Virus genome (UHGV): UHGV-0054069 | From: a virus | Length of the DNA: 64,000 nt | Direction: 5' to 3' (one strand) | Part shown: positions 41,948 through 52,302 of the stretch, piece after piece | Position numbering within the stretch: the first letter of the stretch is position 1 | Layout: every line of letters starts with the position of its first letter | Notes under the pieces: model-generated | Told to the model about the DNA's origin: nothing | Seen by the model: only the letters and a program-made list of their open reading frames with translations | Databases searched by the model: none | Position numbers and translations under genes: made by a program

Positions 41948-44182
41948 ATGATTAAAACTATTCGCAAATCTAACGGAAACGTTGTAACATTCGAACCTGA
42001 ACGTTTGAATAAGTGGGCTTCATGGGCTGATAAACGAGGTATTATCTGGTCAGAAGTTACAATGGAAGCTATGAAACGTGTCTATGAAGGTTGCACCACT
42101 AAAGAGATGCACCAAGCTATGATTGACGTTTGTATTGATAAGCAAAGTCAAGAATACTCTGACATGGCTGGACGACTTCTGTTAGGTATTATCTATAAAG
42201 AAGCTTTTGGTGGATTCACTAAAGTTCCAAATCTTTACGTATTTGTTAAGAATATGGAAGAGTCAGGTTTATGGGAGAAGATGGATTACTCACGAGAAGA
42301 GTTAGAATACCTTCAAGGCTTCATCGTTCACTCAAAAGATATCTCATACGGTTATGCAGTGCTGAAACAGTTCCGTGACAAGTATGGAATCCGTGATATT
42401 AAAACTGGTCAACTCTTTGAGTCACCTCAGTTTATGTTTATGGGTATGGCTATGAAAGCCTTTGAGAGACAGCCTAAGCACCGTCGCTTAGAGGATGTTA
42501 TCAAGCTGTATACTTATCTGTCAGACTTGAAAATTAATGCTCCAACTCCTTACCTGAATGGTTTGAGAGCTACTAAGTCAGGTTATGCTTCATGCTGCTT
42601 GATTAAAGCTAACGATACCGCTGAATCACTTGGTATTGCTACAAAGGTAGCTTATGATATGACTACAAAGCAAGCTGGTATTGGTATGCTTATGGAGACC
42701 AGAACGATTGGTGACGGGATTCGTCAGAATACTATTGAGCATATGGGGAAACTCCCTTATTATAAGCTTGTACGTGCTGCTGTAGAGGCTAATAAACAAA
42801 AGAGTCGAGGTGGTTCAGCGAACAACTTCTACACTGCTCTTGACCCTCAGATTGAAGATTTACTTCGTCTGAAGCACCCTACAACGGTTACTTCAAAGCG
42901 TATTAATGAGATGGATTACTCATTTGGAACAAACGATTACTTCTGGCAATGTGTGCAGTACGATACAGATTGGCTACTGTTCTCTTACAAGGACGCTCCA
43001 AAACTGTATGATATGTTTTACACGGCAAGTTCAGACGAGTTTGCTATGGCTGTTGGACATGCGGTTCACACTGGTGTTAAACATAAGCGAGTAAAAGCTC
43101 GTGAGATTGCTAAGTTGTTTATCCAGCAACGTTATGCAACTGGTCGTGTTTATCCGTTCTTTACGAACAACGCAAACACACATACGCCGTTCAAAGAACC
43201 GTTGAAAATGTCTAACCTGTGTATGGAGATTGTATTACCAGTTTATGGATTTGAGAAAGAGACAGACCTTTACAGCTACAATGCTGCTAAAGAAGACGGT
43301 GAAGTAGCTCTTTGTTTCCTAGCTAGTCTGGTTGCAGGGAGAATCGAAGAGGATGAATACGCTGACGTTGCTTATTATGCTCTTGCAATGGTTGACTCCG
43401 TTATTGACCTTATGGATTATCCGTATCCGTCAATGCGTAACCATGTTCAGAAACGTCGCTCTGTTGGGATTGGCCTTACAAATGTGGCTCATTACCTTGC
43501 AAAGAACTACGTGAACTACTCTTCAAGGGCTGGTAAAACGAAGCTACATGAACTTGCTGAAATGCACTCTTACTACTTACACGAAGCTTCTTTAAGACTT
43601 GCTAAAGAACGTGGTGTACCTGAGTATATGCAGTTCACTAAATACCCTGAAGGTTGGGTTCCTCCGAAGACAGCTAACAGGAAGATTGATGATAAGCATG
43701 ATGCAAAACTTCGTTATGATTGGGATGACTTAGCACAACGTATTAAAGAGAATGGTGGAATCCGTAACTCTGTATTAGAAGCTTACATGCCTAATGAGAG
43801 TTCTTCACTGGCAACTAATACGACAAATGGCTTGTACCCAATCCGTGACTTTATTTTAACTAAAAAGTCTGCAACTGGTAACGTACTGTTTATCGTACCA
43901 GACTACGAAGAGTTGAAGTATGTCTATGAAATTGCTTGGGATATTGACACATTTGATATGATTGATTGCTATGCAATTGTTCAAAAATTCACTGGTCAAG
44001 CTATCTCTTCAGATTTCTATGTTGACTACTCGAAGTCTAAGAAGGTATCATTAGAGCAAGCTCTGAAGTACATGATTTATGCTAACTCAGTTGGTATGAA
44101 AACCATGTATTATCTGAACAGTCGTATTGGTGTTGGTAAGTCAGCACTACAAGATGCTTACTGTGAAGGTTGCGGTGTTTAG
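41948..44182 (+). CDS. nrdA: ribonucleotide reductase class Ia large subunit
   Basis: N-terminal ATP-cone, active-site SNLCMEI, C-terminal Cys pair (CEGCG); 744 aa. Confidence 0.85.
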   Translation: MIKTIRKSNGNVVTFEPERLNKWASWADKRGIIWSEVTMEAMKRVYEGCTTKEMHQAMIDVCIDKQSQEYSDMAGRLLLGIIYKEAFGGFTKVPNLYVFVKNMEESGLWEKMDYSREELEYLQGFIVHSKDISYGYAVLKQFRDKYGIRDIKTGQLFESPQFMFMGMAMKAFERQPKHRRLEDVIKLYTYLSDLKINAPTPYLNGLRATKSGYASCCLIKANDTAESLGIATKVAYDMTTKQAGIGMLMETRTIGDGIRQNTIEHMGKLPYYKLVRAAVEANKQKSRGGSANNFYTALDPQIEDLLRLKHPTTVTSKRINEMDYSFGTNDYFWQCVQYDTDWLLFSYKDAPKLYDMFYTASSDEFAMAVGHAVHTGVKHKRVKAREIAKLFIQQRYATGRVYPFFTNNANTHTPFKEPLKMSNLCMEIVLPVYGFEKETDLYSYNAAKEDGEVALCFLASLVAGRIEEDEYADVAYYALAMVDSVIDLMDYPYPSMRNHVQKRRSVGIGLTNVAHYLAKNYVNYSSRAGKTKLHELAEMHSYYLHEASLRLAKERGVPEYMQFTKYPEGWVPPKTANRKIDDKHDAKLRYDWDDLAQRIKENGGIRNSVLEAYMPNESSSLATNTTNGLYPIRDFILTKKSATGNVLFIVPDYEELKYVYEIAWDIDTFDMIDCYAIVQKFTGQAISSDFYVDYSKSKKVSLEQALKYMIYANSVGMKTMYYLNSRIGVGKSALQDAYCEGCGV

Positions 44183-44237
44183 TTTTAATAACTATGAGGG
44201 TCATAAAAGACCCTCTAAAAATAACTTTGGAGAGTAT

Positions 44238-44513
44238 ATGCTAGAACTTATTAAATCTGCAAGGCTGAGAAGTAAAGACAGCTCATTGTATTTGTATTAT
44301 GCCCCAAGGAAGTCACTGTACTATATTGCAGAGTTAGACTTGAAAGTGAAGATGCCAGATGGTTCTTGGAAAGAGCATGTACGCTACACTGACTGCTTCA
44401 ATCCTAAACAAACATATGCAAGGCCACTTGACATGTTTAAAACAGAACGTTGGGTTGTAATGACAACACCTGAAGCCAGAGAATTTCTTAATACAGGAAA
44501 ATTACCAGAATGA
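44238..44513 (+). CDS. hypothetical protein
   Basis: Start at MLELIK with GGAGAG RBS; lies between nrdA and nrdB. Confidence 0.4.
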   Translation: MLELIKSARLRSKDSSLYLYYAPRKSLYYIAELDLKVKMPDGSWKEHVRYTDCFNPKQTYARPLDMFKTERWVVMTTPEAREFLNTGKLPE

Positions 44514-45583
44514 TTAATCCACATCCAATATTCTTAGGTGAAGAACGTAAGACTTTTGATTCACTTAATAAACACTATCCAAAAATCTTTGAACTGTATA
44601 AGCAGCAGAAAGCTCAAGACTGGTCTGAAGAGGAATTTCCATTTGAGCAATCACGCTTAGACTTTGAGAGTGTCCCTCAGTCAATGTCTGGGGTTATGCT
44701 TGAAATTCTTAAATGGCAATGGGAAGCAGATACCCAAGTTGCCAAGAGTTTAGCATTTGCTTTTGCACCGTTCATCTCTGATGACATTTATGCAACTGCA
44801 ATCATGAAGCAATCTGAAATTGAGAACCTTCATGCTTTAACTTATTCTGAGATTGTTCGTCAGTGTATCAAGAATCCTGAAACAATCCTTGATGAGATTA
44901 ACAATAACGTTGCTGTTCAAGACCGTCTGAAGACAGTGAACAGAACTTTACAAGAACTACTTGACGAAGGTATCAACTATCGTTTAAGTTACGTTCGTCA
45001 GGAACTAACAGATAAAGACCCTTTGCATTTCCATAAGGCAATCTTAAAGGCTCTCTTTGCAGTGACTGCTTTGGAAGGTATTTCCTTCATGGCATCTTTT
45101 GCATGTACTTTTGCACTGGATGCACAAGATAAGTTCCAAGGTATTGCACAAGCTGTTCAAAAGATTATGCTTGATGAAATTATTCACACCAAAATTGATA
45201 TTGAAGCATTGAAAGAAACTCTGAAGGATGAAGACTGGCAGGAAGCATTCAGACAGATTCTACCAGAGATTAAAGTTATTCTGGATGAGGTTGTTGAGTG
45301 TGAAGAGAAGTGGTCTTACTATATCTTCTCTGAAGGTCGAGCAGTTGTAGGTTTAAACACAAAACTTCTTCACGAATGGGTTTACTATAACGCTGCACCG
45401 CTGTATGATATGTTTGGAATCCCAAGAGATTTCGTAGCTCCTAAAGAAGCTCCACTTGCTTACATGATTAAGAAGATGGAAATCGACAAAGAGCAGAACG
45501 CAAACCAAGAACAGCAAAACGGTGCATACCTTCTGAACACGGTTGTAGATGATTTAAACTCAGGATTTTTAGAGGTTCCTTAA
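44510..45583 (+). CDS. nrdB: ribonucleotide reductase class Ia small subunit
   Basis: Di-iron ligand motif DEIIHT, 357 aa, downstream of nrdA. Confidence 0.8.
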   Translation: MINPHPIFLGEERKTFDSLNKHYPKIFELYKQQKAQDWSEEEFPFEQSRLDFESVPQSMSGVMLEILKWQWEADTQVAKSLAFAFAPFISDDIYATAIMKQSEIENLHALTYSEIVRQCIKNPETILDEINNNVAVQDRLKTVNRTLQELLDEGINYRLSYVRQELTDKDPLHFHKAILKALFAVTALEGISFMASFACTFALDAQDKFQGIAQAVQKIMLDEIIHTKIDIEALKETLKDEDWQEAFRQILPEIKVILDEVVECEEKWSYYIFSEGRAVVGLNTKLLHEWVYYNAAPLYDMFGIPRDFVAPKEAPLAYMIKKMEIDKEQNANQEQQNGAYLLNTVVDDLNSGFLEVP

Positions 45584-45828
45584 TGACTTATGTAATTTAC
45601 TCAAAAGATGGTTGCCCTCAGTGTGTAACCGCAAAGAATTTTGCTCAAGCTCGTGGGATTGACCACATTGTAAGAATGCTTGGCAAAGACTATGAACTCC
45701 AAGATTTGATGGACATTGCAAAAATGCCAGTTCGTCAAATGCCGTTCATCATGAAAACGGAAGATACAGTTTTAACTCCTGTAGGTACTTTACAAAACTT
45801 CATGGCAGAGGTGAATAATGCTGGATAA
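45583..45828 (+). CDS. glutaredoxin-like protein (NrdH-like)
   Basis: CPQC active-site motif near N-terminus; 81 aa; coupled to nrdB. Confidence 0.6.
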   Translation: MTYVIYSKDGCPQCVTAKNFAQARGIDHIVRMLGKDYELQDLMDIAKMPVRQMPFIMKTEDTVLTPVGTLQNFMAEVNNAG

Positions 45829-46024
45829 AATCTTTAAAGGCTTCAAAGAAGATGCTCCTATGCTTCTCTGGGTAATTTTCTTGCTGAACATGTTCATTGA
45901 CTTTAAACAAGGTTTAATGTTCGGGTTTATGCTAGTATGGCTAATCATTGAGATTCTAGACATTCAGTTTGGATGGAGTACCAAGGTTAAAAACTTCCTT
46001 GATAATCTCTTAAACAAAAATTAA
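45818..46024 (+). CDS. small membrane protein
   Basis: 68 aa with two hydrophobic segments. Confidence 0.4.
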   Translation: MLDKIFKGFKEDAPMLLWVIFLLNMFIDFKQGLMFGFMLVWLIIEILDIQFGWSTKVKNFLDNLLNKN

Positions 46025-46027
46025 AAT

Positions 46028-46052
46028 AAGGGTCTCTTCGGAGACCTTTTTC
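46028..46052 (+). terminator. rho-independent terminator
   Basis: GGGTCTC-TTCG-GAGACC followed by TTTTT; near-identical to terminator at 41905. Confidence 0.65.
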
Positions 46053-46067
46053 ATATCAGGAGTTAGA

Positions 46068-48212
46068 ATGGTTAAAGTACAAATTATCAAAAAGAACGGC
46101 TCACTTGAAAAACCAGATATTAACAAAATCTTGACAGCCGTTGAGAAGTCAGCTAATCGTGTTGGCTACAAAGAACTTCCACTAGAAGTTATCCATGCTT
46201 TAGAAGCAGCTTTCAAGAGGATTCTTGCAAAGGCATCTAATCAGAATGCTTTACTAATCTCTGTAGATGACATTCACAGTATTGTAGAAGGTGCTCTGGC
46301 TGTCACTAACCATGAGATTTATGAGTCATACTCAACGTATCGTAACTACCGTAAAGAGGTGGCACAGAATTGGGATTATCTGTATCAGAAGACTAAAGAC
46401 ACTCTCTTCTTAGGTGACCGTGAGAATGCTAACTTTGACAGTAGCTTAATCTCTACAAAGGGTTCTATTATTCGTGGATACCTGACAAAAGAAATCTTTA
46501 AACAGTATCACTTAACACCAGAAGAAATAAGAGCTATTGAAGATGGATTTATCTACATTCACGACCTAAGAGACTTGGTATTTGGTGGAATCAACTGTTG
46601 CTTATTTGATATTGGCAAAGTCTTGGAAGGTGGCTTTGAAATGTCTGGTATTGAATACTGTGAACCAAAGTCTGTTCTGTCAGCTTTACAGGTTATCGGT
46701 GACGTTGTTCTATCAGCAACTGCACAGCAATTTGGTGGATTCACTATCCCAGAGATTGATAAGATTTTAGTACCATATGCTAAGAAGTCTCAGAAGTATC
46801 ATGAGGAAATGGCTATTGCTTATGGAATCCCTCAAGACAAGATTTACCACTATGTCAAGAACCAGTTACAAATTGAGTTAACTCAGGGCTTTCAATCCCT
46901 TGAGATGAAACTTAACACTGTCCCTTGCAGTCGTGGTGACTTTGCTTTTACAACTTTAACATTTGGATTACTTGAACCAGATATGTCAAACCGTGATAAC
47001 CGTCTGCAATACATGATTGCTAAGACTATCTTGGATGTTCGTATGAATGGTCAAGGTAAAGCCAAGAAACCAGTAGTATTCCCTAAACTGGTATATATCT
47101 ATGATGAGAAAAGACACTCTCTGGATATCTGGCAAGGTCAACTTTATGGAAAAGCTATTGAGTGTTGCTCTAAAGCAATGTACCCAGACTTCCTGAGTGT
47201 ATCTGGTCATGGTGCTGTAGCAGATGCTTTTAAACGCTCGGGTAAAGTGATTTCACCGATGGGTTGCAGGGCTTATCTGTCACCATACCTTGATGAAGAT
47301 GGTGAAGAGTTCTATGTAGGACGTGCTAACATTGGTGCTGTCTCACTGAACTTGCCAATGATTTATCAGTATGCTAAGGAGAATCAACTTGGCTTCTTTG
47401 AAGAGATTGACAAGTACCTTGAAATGATTCGAGCATTCCACCAGAAGCGTTATGAAATGATTGCTAACATGCCAGCAAGTTCTAACCCTCTGGCGTTTAC
47501 TCAAGGTGGACTGTACAAAGGTCATAAGAAACCAACTGACAAGATTGGTTGGGATACTGTGAAATCCTTCACAGCTTCTTTTGGTGTTACCGCACTAGAT
47601 GAGCTTTCTGTTTTGGCTGGAGAAGGTAGACTTCATGAGTCATCTTCAGAAGGTATTGCACATCAAGTTATGGAGCACCTAAACGCCAAGCTGGAGCAGT
47701 TTAAGCAAGAAGATGGATTCTTATATGCCCTTTATGGTACACCTGCTGAGAGCCTTTGTGGTACGCAATTGAAGCAGTTTCGTCACATGTTTGGAGTTAT
47801 TAAAGGTGTCTCCGATAAAGAGTACTTTACAAATAGCTTCCACATGAACGTAGCAGCAGATATTACACCATTTGAGAAGCAAGACTTAGAAGAACCTTTC
47901 TTCCATTCCTGCAATGGAGGGCATATTCAATATGTTCGTATTGCTAACCCAGAGAATCATAAAGCTATTGAAGCATGTGTTACAAGGGGTATGGGTAAGG
48001 GCTTCTATCAAGGTGTTAACTTTGACTTAGCAATCTGTGAAAATTGTGGTCACCGTCCAAGTGCAGATGTTGAAGAATGTCCTAAGTGTCACTCACATGA
48101 TATCTCTGTTATTAACCGTGTTTGTGGATATCTTGGTTGGACTAAAATCAAGGGAACCTCAAGAATGAACGATGCAAAAATTGCAGAGATTAAAGACAGA
48201 AAATCTATGTAA
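46068..48212 (+). CDS. nrdD: anaerobic ribonucleoside-triphosphate reductase (class III)
   Basis: C-terminal glycyl-radical motif RVCGYLG and Cys4 zinc site (CENCGH...CPKCH); 714 aa. Confidence 0.85.
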   Translation: MVKVQIIKKNGSLEKPDINKILTAVEKSANRVGYKELPLEVIHALEAAFKRILAKASNQNALLISVDDIHSIVEGALAVTNHEIYESYSTYRNYRKEVAQNWDYLYQKTKDTLFLGDRENANFDSSLISTKGSIIRGYLTKEIFKQYHLTPEEIRAIEDGFIYIHDLRDLVFGGINCCLFDIGKVLEGGFEMSGIEYCEPKSVLSALQVIGDVVLSATAQQFGGFTIPEIDKILVPYAKKSQKYHEEMAIAYGIPQDKIYHYVKNQLQIELTQGFQSLEMKLNTVPCSRGDFAFTTLTFGLLEPDMSNRDNRLQYMIAKTILDVRMNGQGKAKKPVVFPKLVYIYDEKRHSLDIWQGQLYGKAIECCSKAMYPDFLSVSGHGAVADAFKRSGKVISPMGCRAYLSPYLDEDGEEFYVGRANIGAVSLNLPMIYQYAKENQLGFFEEIDKYLEMIRAFHQKRYEMIANMPASSNPLAFTQGGLYKGHKKPTDKIGWDTVKSFTASFGVTALDELSVLAGEGRLHESSSEGIAHQVMEHLNAKLEQFKQEDGFLYALYGTPAESLCGTQLKQFRHMFGVIKGVSDKEYFTNSFHMNVAADITPFEKQDLEEPFFHSCNGGHIQYVRIANPENHKAIEACVTRGMGKGFYQGVNFDLAICENCGHRPSADVEECPKCHSHDISVINRVCGYLGWTKIKGTSRMNDAKIAEIKDRKSM

Positions 48213-48221
48213 GTAATTGAC

Positions 48222-48262
48222 AAGGTAGTGTAGGTCTTGATAGGCTTGCACTACCTTTTTTA
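48222..48262 (+). terminator. rho-independent terminator
   Basis: AAGGTAGTG ... CACTACCTT stem followed by TTTTTT. Confidence 0.5.
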
Positions 48263-48276
48263 TTGGAGAGAATAAA

Positions 48277-48459
48277 ATGTTGGAAGTTGGGAAAGTCTAC
48301 CTGTTTGTTGGTAAAGTTGGTGGCACAACTCTTGAAGCAAAACTGAAATACATTCTTGACAATGGCTATGTAGTCTCTTGGCAGACTTCAAATGGCACTT
48401 GGTACGATGAGAAGTTAACAGGTGAGTTCTGGAAAGTCTATCAAGAGGTAACACCATGA
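48277..48459 (+). CDS. hypothetical protein
   Basis: 60 aa ORF with GGAGAG RBS. Confidence 0.4.
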   Translation: MLEVGKVYLFVGKVGGTTLEAKLKYILDNGYVVSWQTSNGTWYDEKLTGEFWKVYQEVTP

Positions 48460-48713
48460 GTTATGACTTCTGGCCTAACTTTTGGATGTGGGTTATTGGC
48501 ATTCTCTTAGCAGCTATGATAGGTTATGCTGCATATTATGCTTATCACACTTCTATCTGGATGGAGGCAAACCACTGTCAACAAACTTCACAGAGTAGAG
48601 AGTACACTTATTATGTGTCAGTTCAGGCAGGGAATACAACAATCCTAGTCCCACAAACTGGTACAGAGTACTTGTATACTTGTGATAACAATCAGTCAAT
48701 ATGGTGGTACTAA
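48456..48713 (+). CDS. small membrane protein
   Basis: 85 aa, N-terminal TM segment (WMWVIGILLAAMIGYAAYYAY). Confidence 0.4.
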   Translation: MSYDFWPNFWMWVIGILLAAMIGYAAYYAYHTSIWMEANHCQQTSQSREYTYYVSVQAGNTTILVPQTGTEYLYTCDNNQSIWWY

Positions 48714-48807
48714 ATGATAAAAGAATTTTTATTGATAACACTAATAGGTTCGACTACACTAGGATTCTGTTTAGGATTACTTTACACACACTTTGCAGGA
48801 AATAAAA

Positions 48808-49200
48808 ATGATAAAACTAACTAAAGATATGAAAGAGTTCTTAGTAGAGTATGCTCTTGAGTTTGGGAGTTCTTCTAAAGAACATCGTCGTGGAAGCACT
48901 TTCTACATCTCAGCAGAATGCTTGATTACTTCAGAGGTCTTTGCAGATGCTATTGATTCCAATCTACAACTTCCTCAAGAACTTGACGGGCTAGTTGTAG
49001 TCCTTCACGGTACTTGGTCTGATGACGATGGTACAGATGTAGGTTGTTTCGAGATTCACAGCCACCAGCAAATCATGAATCCCAAATACGTAGCTTTGAT
49101 GACAAGAGCACAGGAAGATGAGTTACTCACAGGCTTCATCAAAAAGCACTGTGAAGAATATGTTGTTAAATCTGAGAAGGCAGTCTTTGAGGTGATTTAA
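48808..49200 (+). CDS. hypothetical protein
   Basis: ATG at 48808 (MIKLTKD); track start 48793 is TTG. Confidence 0.4.
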   Translation: MIKLTKDMKEFLVEYALEFGSSSKEHRRGSTFYISAECLITSEVFADAIDSNLQLPQELDGLVVVLHGTWSDDDGTDVGCFEIHSHQQIMNPKYVALMTRAQEDELLTGFIKKHCEEYVVKSEKAVFEVI

Positions 49201-49685
49201 TGAATTACATGGAAATACGAAAATTTGATACAGCGAACGGTGAAGGTGCTCGTGTCAGTCTTTTTGTAGCTGGCTGTCGTCACCATTGTGAAGGTTGCTT
49301 TAACAGGGAATCTTGGAAGTTTAATGCAGGAAAAGAGTTTACTTACGCAAACCTTTATGGCATTATGCAGCTAATGAATGATAATGCTATTAGTGGGCTG
49401 TCAATACTTGGTGGAGAACCTCTGGATGATAGAAACATTCAAGAAGTCACCAACATATGCAAACGTATTAAAACTGTTTACCCAGAAAAGTCTATATGGC
49501 TTTGGACAGGATTTCAGCTTCATGAAAAAATTAATAAAGAAGTGATGAAATATGTTGACGTGGTAATTGATGGTAAGTATGATGCTTCTAAACCAACGAA
49601 CAAGCCGTATCGTGGTTCAGACAACCAAAACTTGTGGAGAAAAGAATATGGCTGGCAAGGCGACTGTCAATGGAGAGCAGAGTAG
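49200..49685 (+). CDS. nrdG: anaerobic ribonucleotide reductase activating protein (radical SAM)
   Basis: CxxxCxxC radical-SAM motif (CRHHCEGC); 161 aa. Confidence 0.75.
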   Translation: MNYMEIRKFDTANGEGARVSLFVAGCRHHCEGCFNRESWKFNAGKEFTYANLYGIMQLMNDNAISGLSILGGEPLDDRNIQEVTNICKRIKTVYPEKSIWLWTGFQLHEKINKEVMKYVDVVIDGKYDASKPTNKPYRGSDNQNLWRKEYGWQGDCQWRAE

Positions 49686-49926
49686 CTACTCCGGTAAGTG
49701 GACTTATAACATTAACTCACTCGATGAGTGGATTGTAAAGACCAATGAGAAGTTTGGGGAAAGAGGGTTAGTAGCTCTAGCAGAGATTGTTAAATGTGTT
49801 ACTTTCCACGTTGATTCAGAAAGCACATTTAATGATGGACAGATGCTTTTTACTGATGTAAGATACGGGCTTGTTCGAGTTGGTATCGAAAAAGAAGAAC
49901 TAGACCAGTTCTGTATTAAACTTTAA
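49648..49926 (+). CDS. hypothetical protein
   Basis: Start at MAGKAT overlapping nrdG 3' end; track start 49567 lies deep inside nrdG. Confidence 0.35.
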   Translation: MAGKATVNGEQSSYSGKWTYNINSLDEWIVKTNEKFGERGLVALAEIVKCVTFHVDSESTFNDGQMLFTDVRYGLVRVGIEKEELDQFCIKL

Positions 49927-50199
49927 ATGAGAGAGATTAAAATGGGAATTTTTGGTGATATGAAAGCTAGTTTCTTAGCGGCACTTGCAAAAGCAGCAGC
50001 AATTGTCTCTATGACAGGTAAGCAGGTTGGTGTAGATGCTTCAGCAGTTGCACAGGTTCTTGCAAGCCAGATTGAACAGCAACCTTACATTCACGTTGGA
50101 CGTGGTAAAGGTGGTAAGAAACAAGCTCACCGTCAGTCTGGTGCAGCAGCAATTAAACGTGCAGCTAAAAAAGCCCGTAACCGTAAACGTAGCAAATAA
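49927..50199 (+). CDS. hypothetical basic protein
   Basis: 90 aa, Lys/Arg-rich C-terminus. Confidence 0.4.
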   Translation: MREIKMGIFGDMKASFLAALAKAAAIVSMTGKQVGVDASAVAQVLASQIEQQPYIHVGRGKGGKKQAHRQSGAAAIKRAAKKARNRKRSK

Positions 50200-50211
50200 G
50201 GGATAGCCAAC

Positions 50212-50523
50212 ATGGAAAAGATTTATAACACTCGTAAGATTCAGATTGCAGTTCTGTGTCAGTTTATGGTTGAGCAACATAACGCACATTATTGTGGTAC
50301 GGGATTTCTAGCTTTTGGTGGTGAATACATCCCATTTAAGAAAGCTGTAAAGATGTACAATGAGTCACTTGCTAGTGACAAAGAGATAAAACAACTTAAG
50401 CTGACTTATGACAAGAAAGCTAAGAAGATTGTATGTCTGAACTATTCAATCAAACCTACAGATTACGTTACAAGCAACATCGGTGAAGAAGGCTTCTTCA
50501 AAGTGTTGAAAGTTACACAGTAA
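50212..50523 (+). CDS. hypothetical protein
   Basis: 103 aa ORF followed by terminator. Confidence 0.4.
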   Translation: MEKIYNTRKIQIAVLCQFMVEQHNAHYCGTGFLAFGGEYIPFKKAVKMYNESLASDKEIKQLKLTYDKKAKKIVCLNYSIKPTDYVTSNIGEEGFFKVLKVTQ

Positions 50524-50535
50524 GAGTGTATGATT

Positions 50536-50565
50536 AGGGAACTGTAAAAGGTTCCCTTTTTATTT
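50536..50565 (+). terminator. rho-independent terminator
   Basis: GGGAAC-loop-GTTCCC stem followed by TTTTTATTTT. Confidence 0.55.
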
Positions 50566-50575
50566 TGGAGAAATC

Positions 50576-51091
50576 ATGTACTACGCAAACCTTAAGCGTG
50601 CTGCTGCAATGTCTGTTTTACGTCTTGATTTTGATGAACGTCAAGAGTTCATTGAATCTCACCAATATGACCCTTCAAACTCTAATCACATGGTTCTTTG
50701 GAATCGTGGAAAGTACCGTGATAGCTCCCTCTTTGCATATTATCCTCACTACACTATTGATAACCTTTATGAGTACTGTGTTGTAAAGAACACTATAACA
50801 ACTCTTAACAAGCTTTGCCGTTACTCTGGTAAGCAATCTTTCACATTAGGCCACCATAAGCCCGTTACAAAGGGTGGGGAGCACCATTGCTCTAACTGGT
50901 TTATCCAGACTCAACTTGATAACCAGAAGCAAGGAGAGAAGCTTCTAGAAGCCCCTAAGATGACCTATGCAGAACAAAAAGAATATATTAAAAATAATAT
51001 GCCACCAATGCTTGACAAGGAATATGCAGTTCTGGCAATATCTCTCTTGTTGAAGTTCGAGACTGTTTATGAGGCGACTTATAATGGCTAG
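50576..51091 (+). CDS. HNH endonuclease-like protein
   Basis: HNH-type core LGHHKPVTKGGEHHCSNWFIQTQLDNQKQGEK (HH...GG...N...N). Confidence 0.5.
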   Translation: MYYANLKRAAAMSVLRLDFDERQEFIESHQYDPSNSNHMVLWNRGKYRDSSLFAYYPHYTIDNLYEYCVVKNTITTLNKLCRYSGKQSFTLGHHKPVTKGGEHHCSNWFIQTQLDNQKQGEKLLEAPKMTYAEQKEYIKNNMPPMLDKEYAVLAISLLLKFETVYEATYNG

Positions 51092-51362
51092 AGAACAATG
51101 GGAAATCAAAGAACTTATTAGTGAAGGTGGTAACGGTTGTGAAATGTACATGATACGTGGTCACGTTCCAGATGCCCTTGCACTTGAGATGGTAGACCAT
51201 CAATCTAATGGCTACTACAAAGAGTTTGGAGAGCCAAACATTGAACGCACTTGGACAAAACCAGTTCCAGACGGTACAGGTAACTGTTTAGTGATTTATC
51301 ATACTGTAGACCCAAAGAAATGCAAAACAGCTATGGCTGTAACCTTCGTAACTTTTGATTGA
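51069..51362 (+). CDS. hypothetical protein
   Basis: 97 aa ORF; alternative start at 51084. Confidence 0.4.
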   Translation: MRRLIMAREQWEIKELISEGGNGCEMYMIRGHVPDALALEMVDHQSNGYYKEFGEPNIERTWTKPVPDGTGNCLVIYHTVDPKKCKTAMAVTFVTFD

Positions 51363-51372
51363 GAGAAATATT

Positions 51373-52254
51373 ATGAAAACTATTATTAGTGTACTATTAC
51401 ACTCACGTAAAAAAGGTGCTCACCAAGAAGAGTTCAACATTATCCAGTTTCCGTCTGGAGAAATTGGTGGTAACTTCTCAGAAGACCTAGTAGCCTATGC
51501 TGAACAGAATGCTTCCCAGATTGAGAATGTAATCCTCACTGTACAGGGTTACGACAAAGATACTCTGTTTGCTTTAGCTCTGGCGAAAGAAGCTATTGAC
51601 AAACTAATTCCTCAGAAATCAACTATGAAGACTGCTGTATTTGGCTTCTTACCAAATGCTCGTTATGACCGTCACATGTTTAAAGGTGATGCAGCAGCAT
51701 TGAAAGTCTTTGCAAATCTGGTAAATGCTATGGAGTTTGATGCAGTATGTGCTTTAGATACCCACAGCAACGTAGCAGAGAACTTGTTTAAGTGCTTCCA
51801 TAACCTGCCTCAGAAAGAAGCAGCAGTACACTTTGCAAGTGACCCACGTATTGATTTCTTAGTGGCTCCAGATGCAGGTGCAGCCAAGAAGACTGAAGAG
51901 GCTGCTAAAGAGGTTGATAAGCCATATATCACAATGGCTAAGATTCGTAATCTGAAAACTGGTGAAATCACTGGTATGCGAATCCTTGATGATGTAGACT
52001 TAACTGGTAAAGCTGTCATGATTCTCGATGATATCTGTGATGGTGGTCGTACCTTTGTAGAAGCTGCAAAACATCTTCGTGAAGCTGGTGCAAGCCGTGT
52101 AGAACTTTATGTAACTCATGGGATTTTCTCAAAAGGTGTTGAAAATCTTCTTGACAATGGCATTGACCATATCTACACTACAAACTCGCTAGGGGATGCT
52201 GAAGACCGTGGTCTGAATCAGTTCTCACAAGTAACTGTAGCAAACATTGAGTAA
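51373..52254 (+). CDS. prs: ribose-phosphate pyrophosphokinase (PRPP synthetase)
   Basis: PRPP-binding PRTase motif ILDDICDGGRT; about 294 aa; start at MKTIIS. Confidence 0.7.
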   Translation: MKTIISVLLHSRKKGAHQEEFNIIQFPSGEIGGNFSEDLVAYAEQNASQIENVILTVQGYDKDTLFALALAKEAIDKLIPQKSTMKTAVFGFLPNARYDRHMFKGDAAALKVFANLVNAMEFDAVCALDTHSNVAENLFKCFHNLPQKEAAVHFASDPRIDFLVAPDAGAAKKTEEAAKEVDKPYITMAKIRNLKTGEITGMRILDDVDLTGKAVMILDDICDGGRTFVEAAKHLREAGASRVELYVTHGIFSKGVENLLDNGIDHIYTTNSLGDAEDRGLNQFSQVTVANIE

Positions 52255-52302
52255 TAAACTTTGAAGGGGCTGAAAAGCCCCACTATTGAGAGAGATAAAA
52301 TT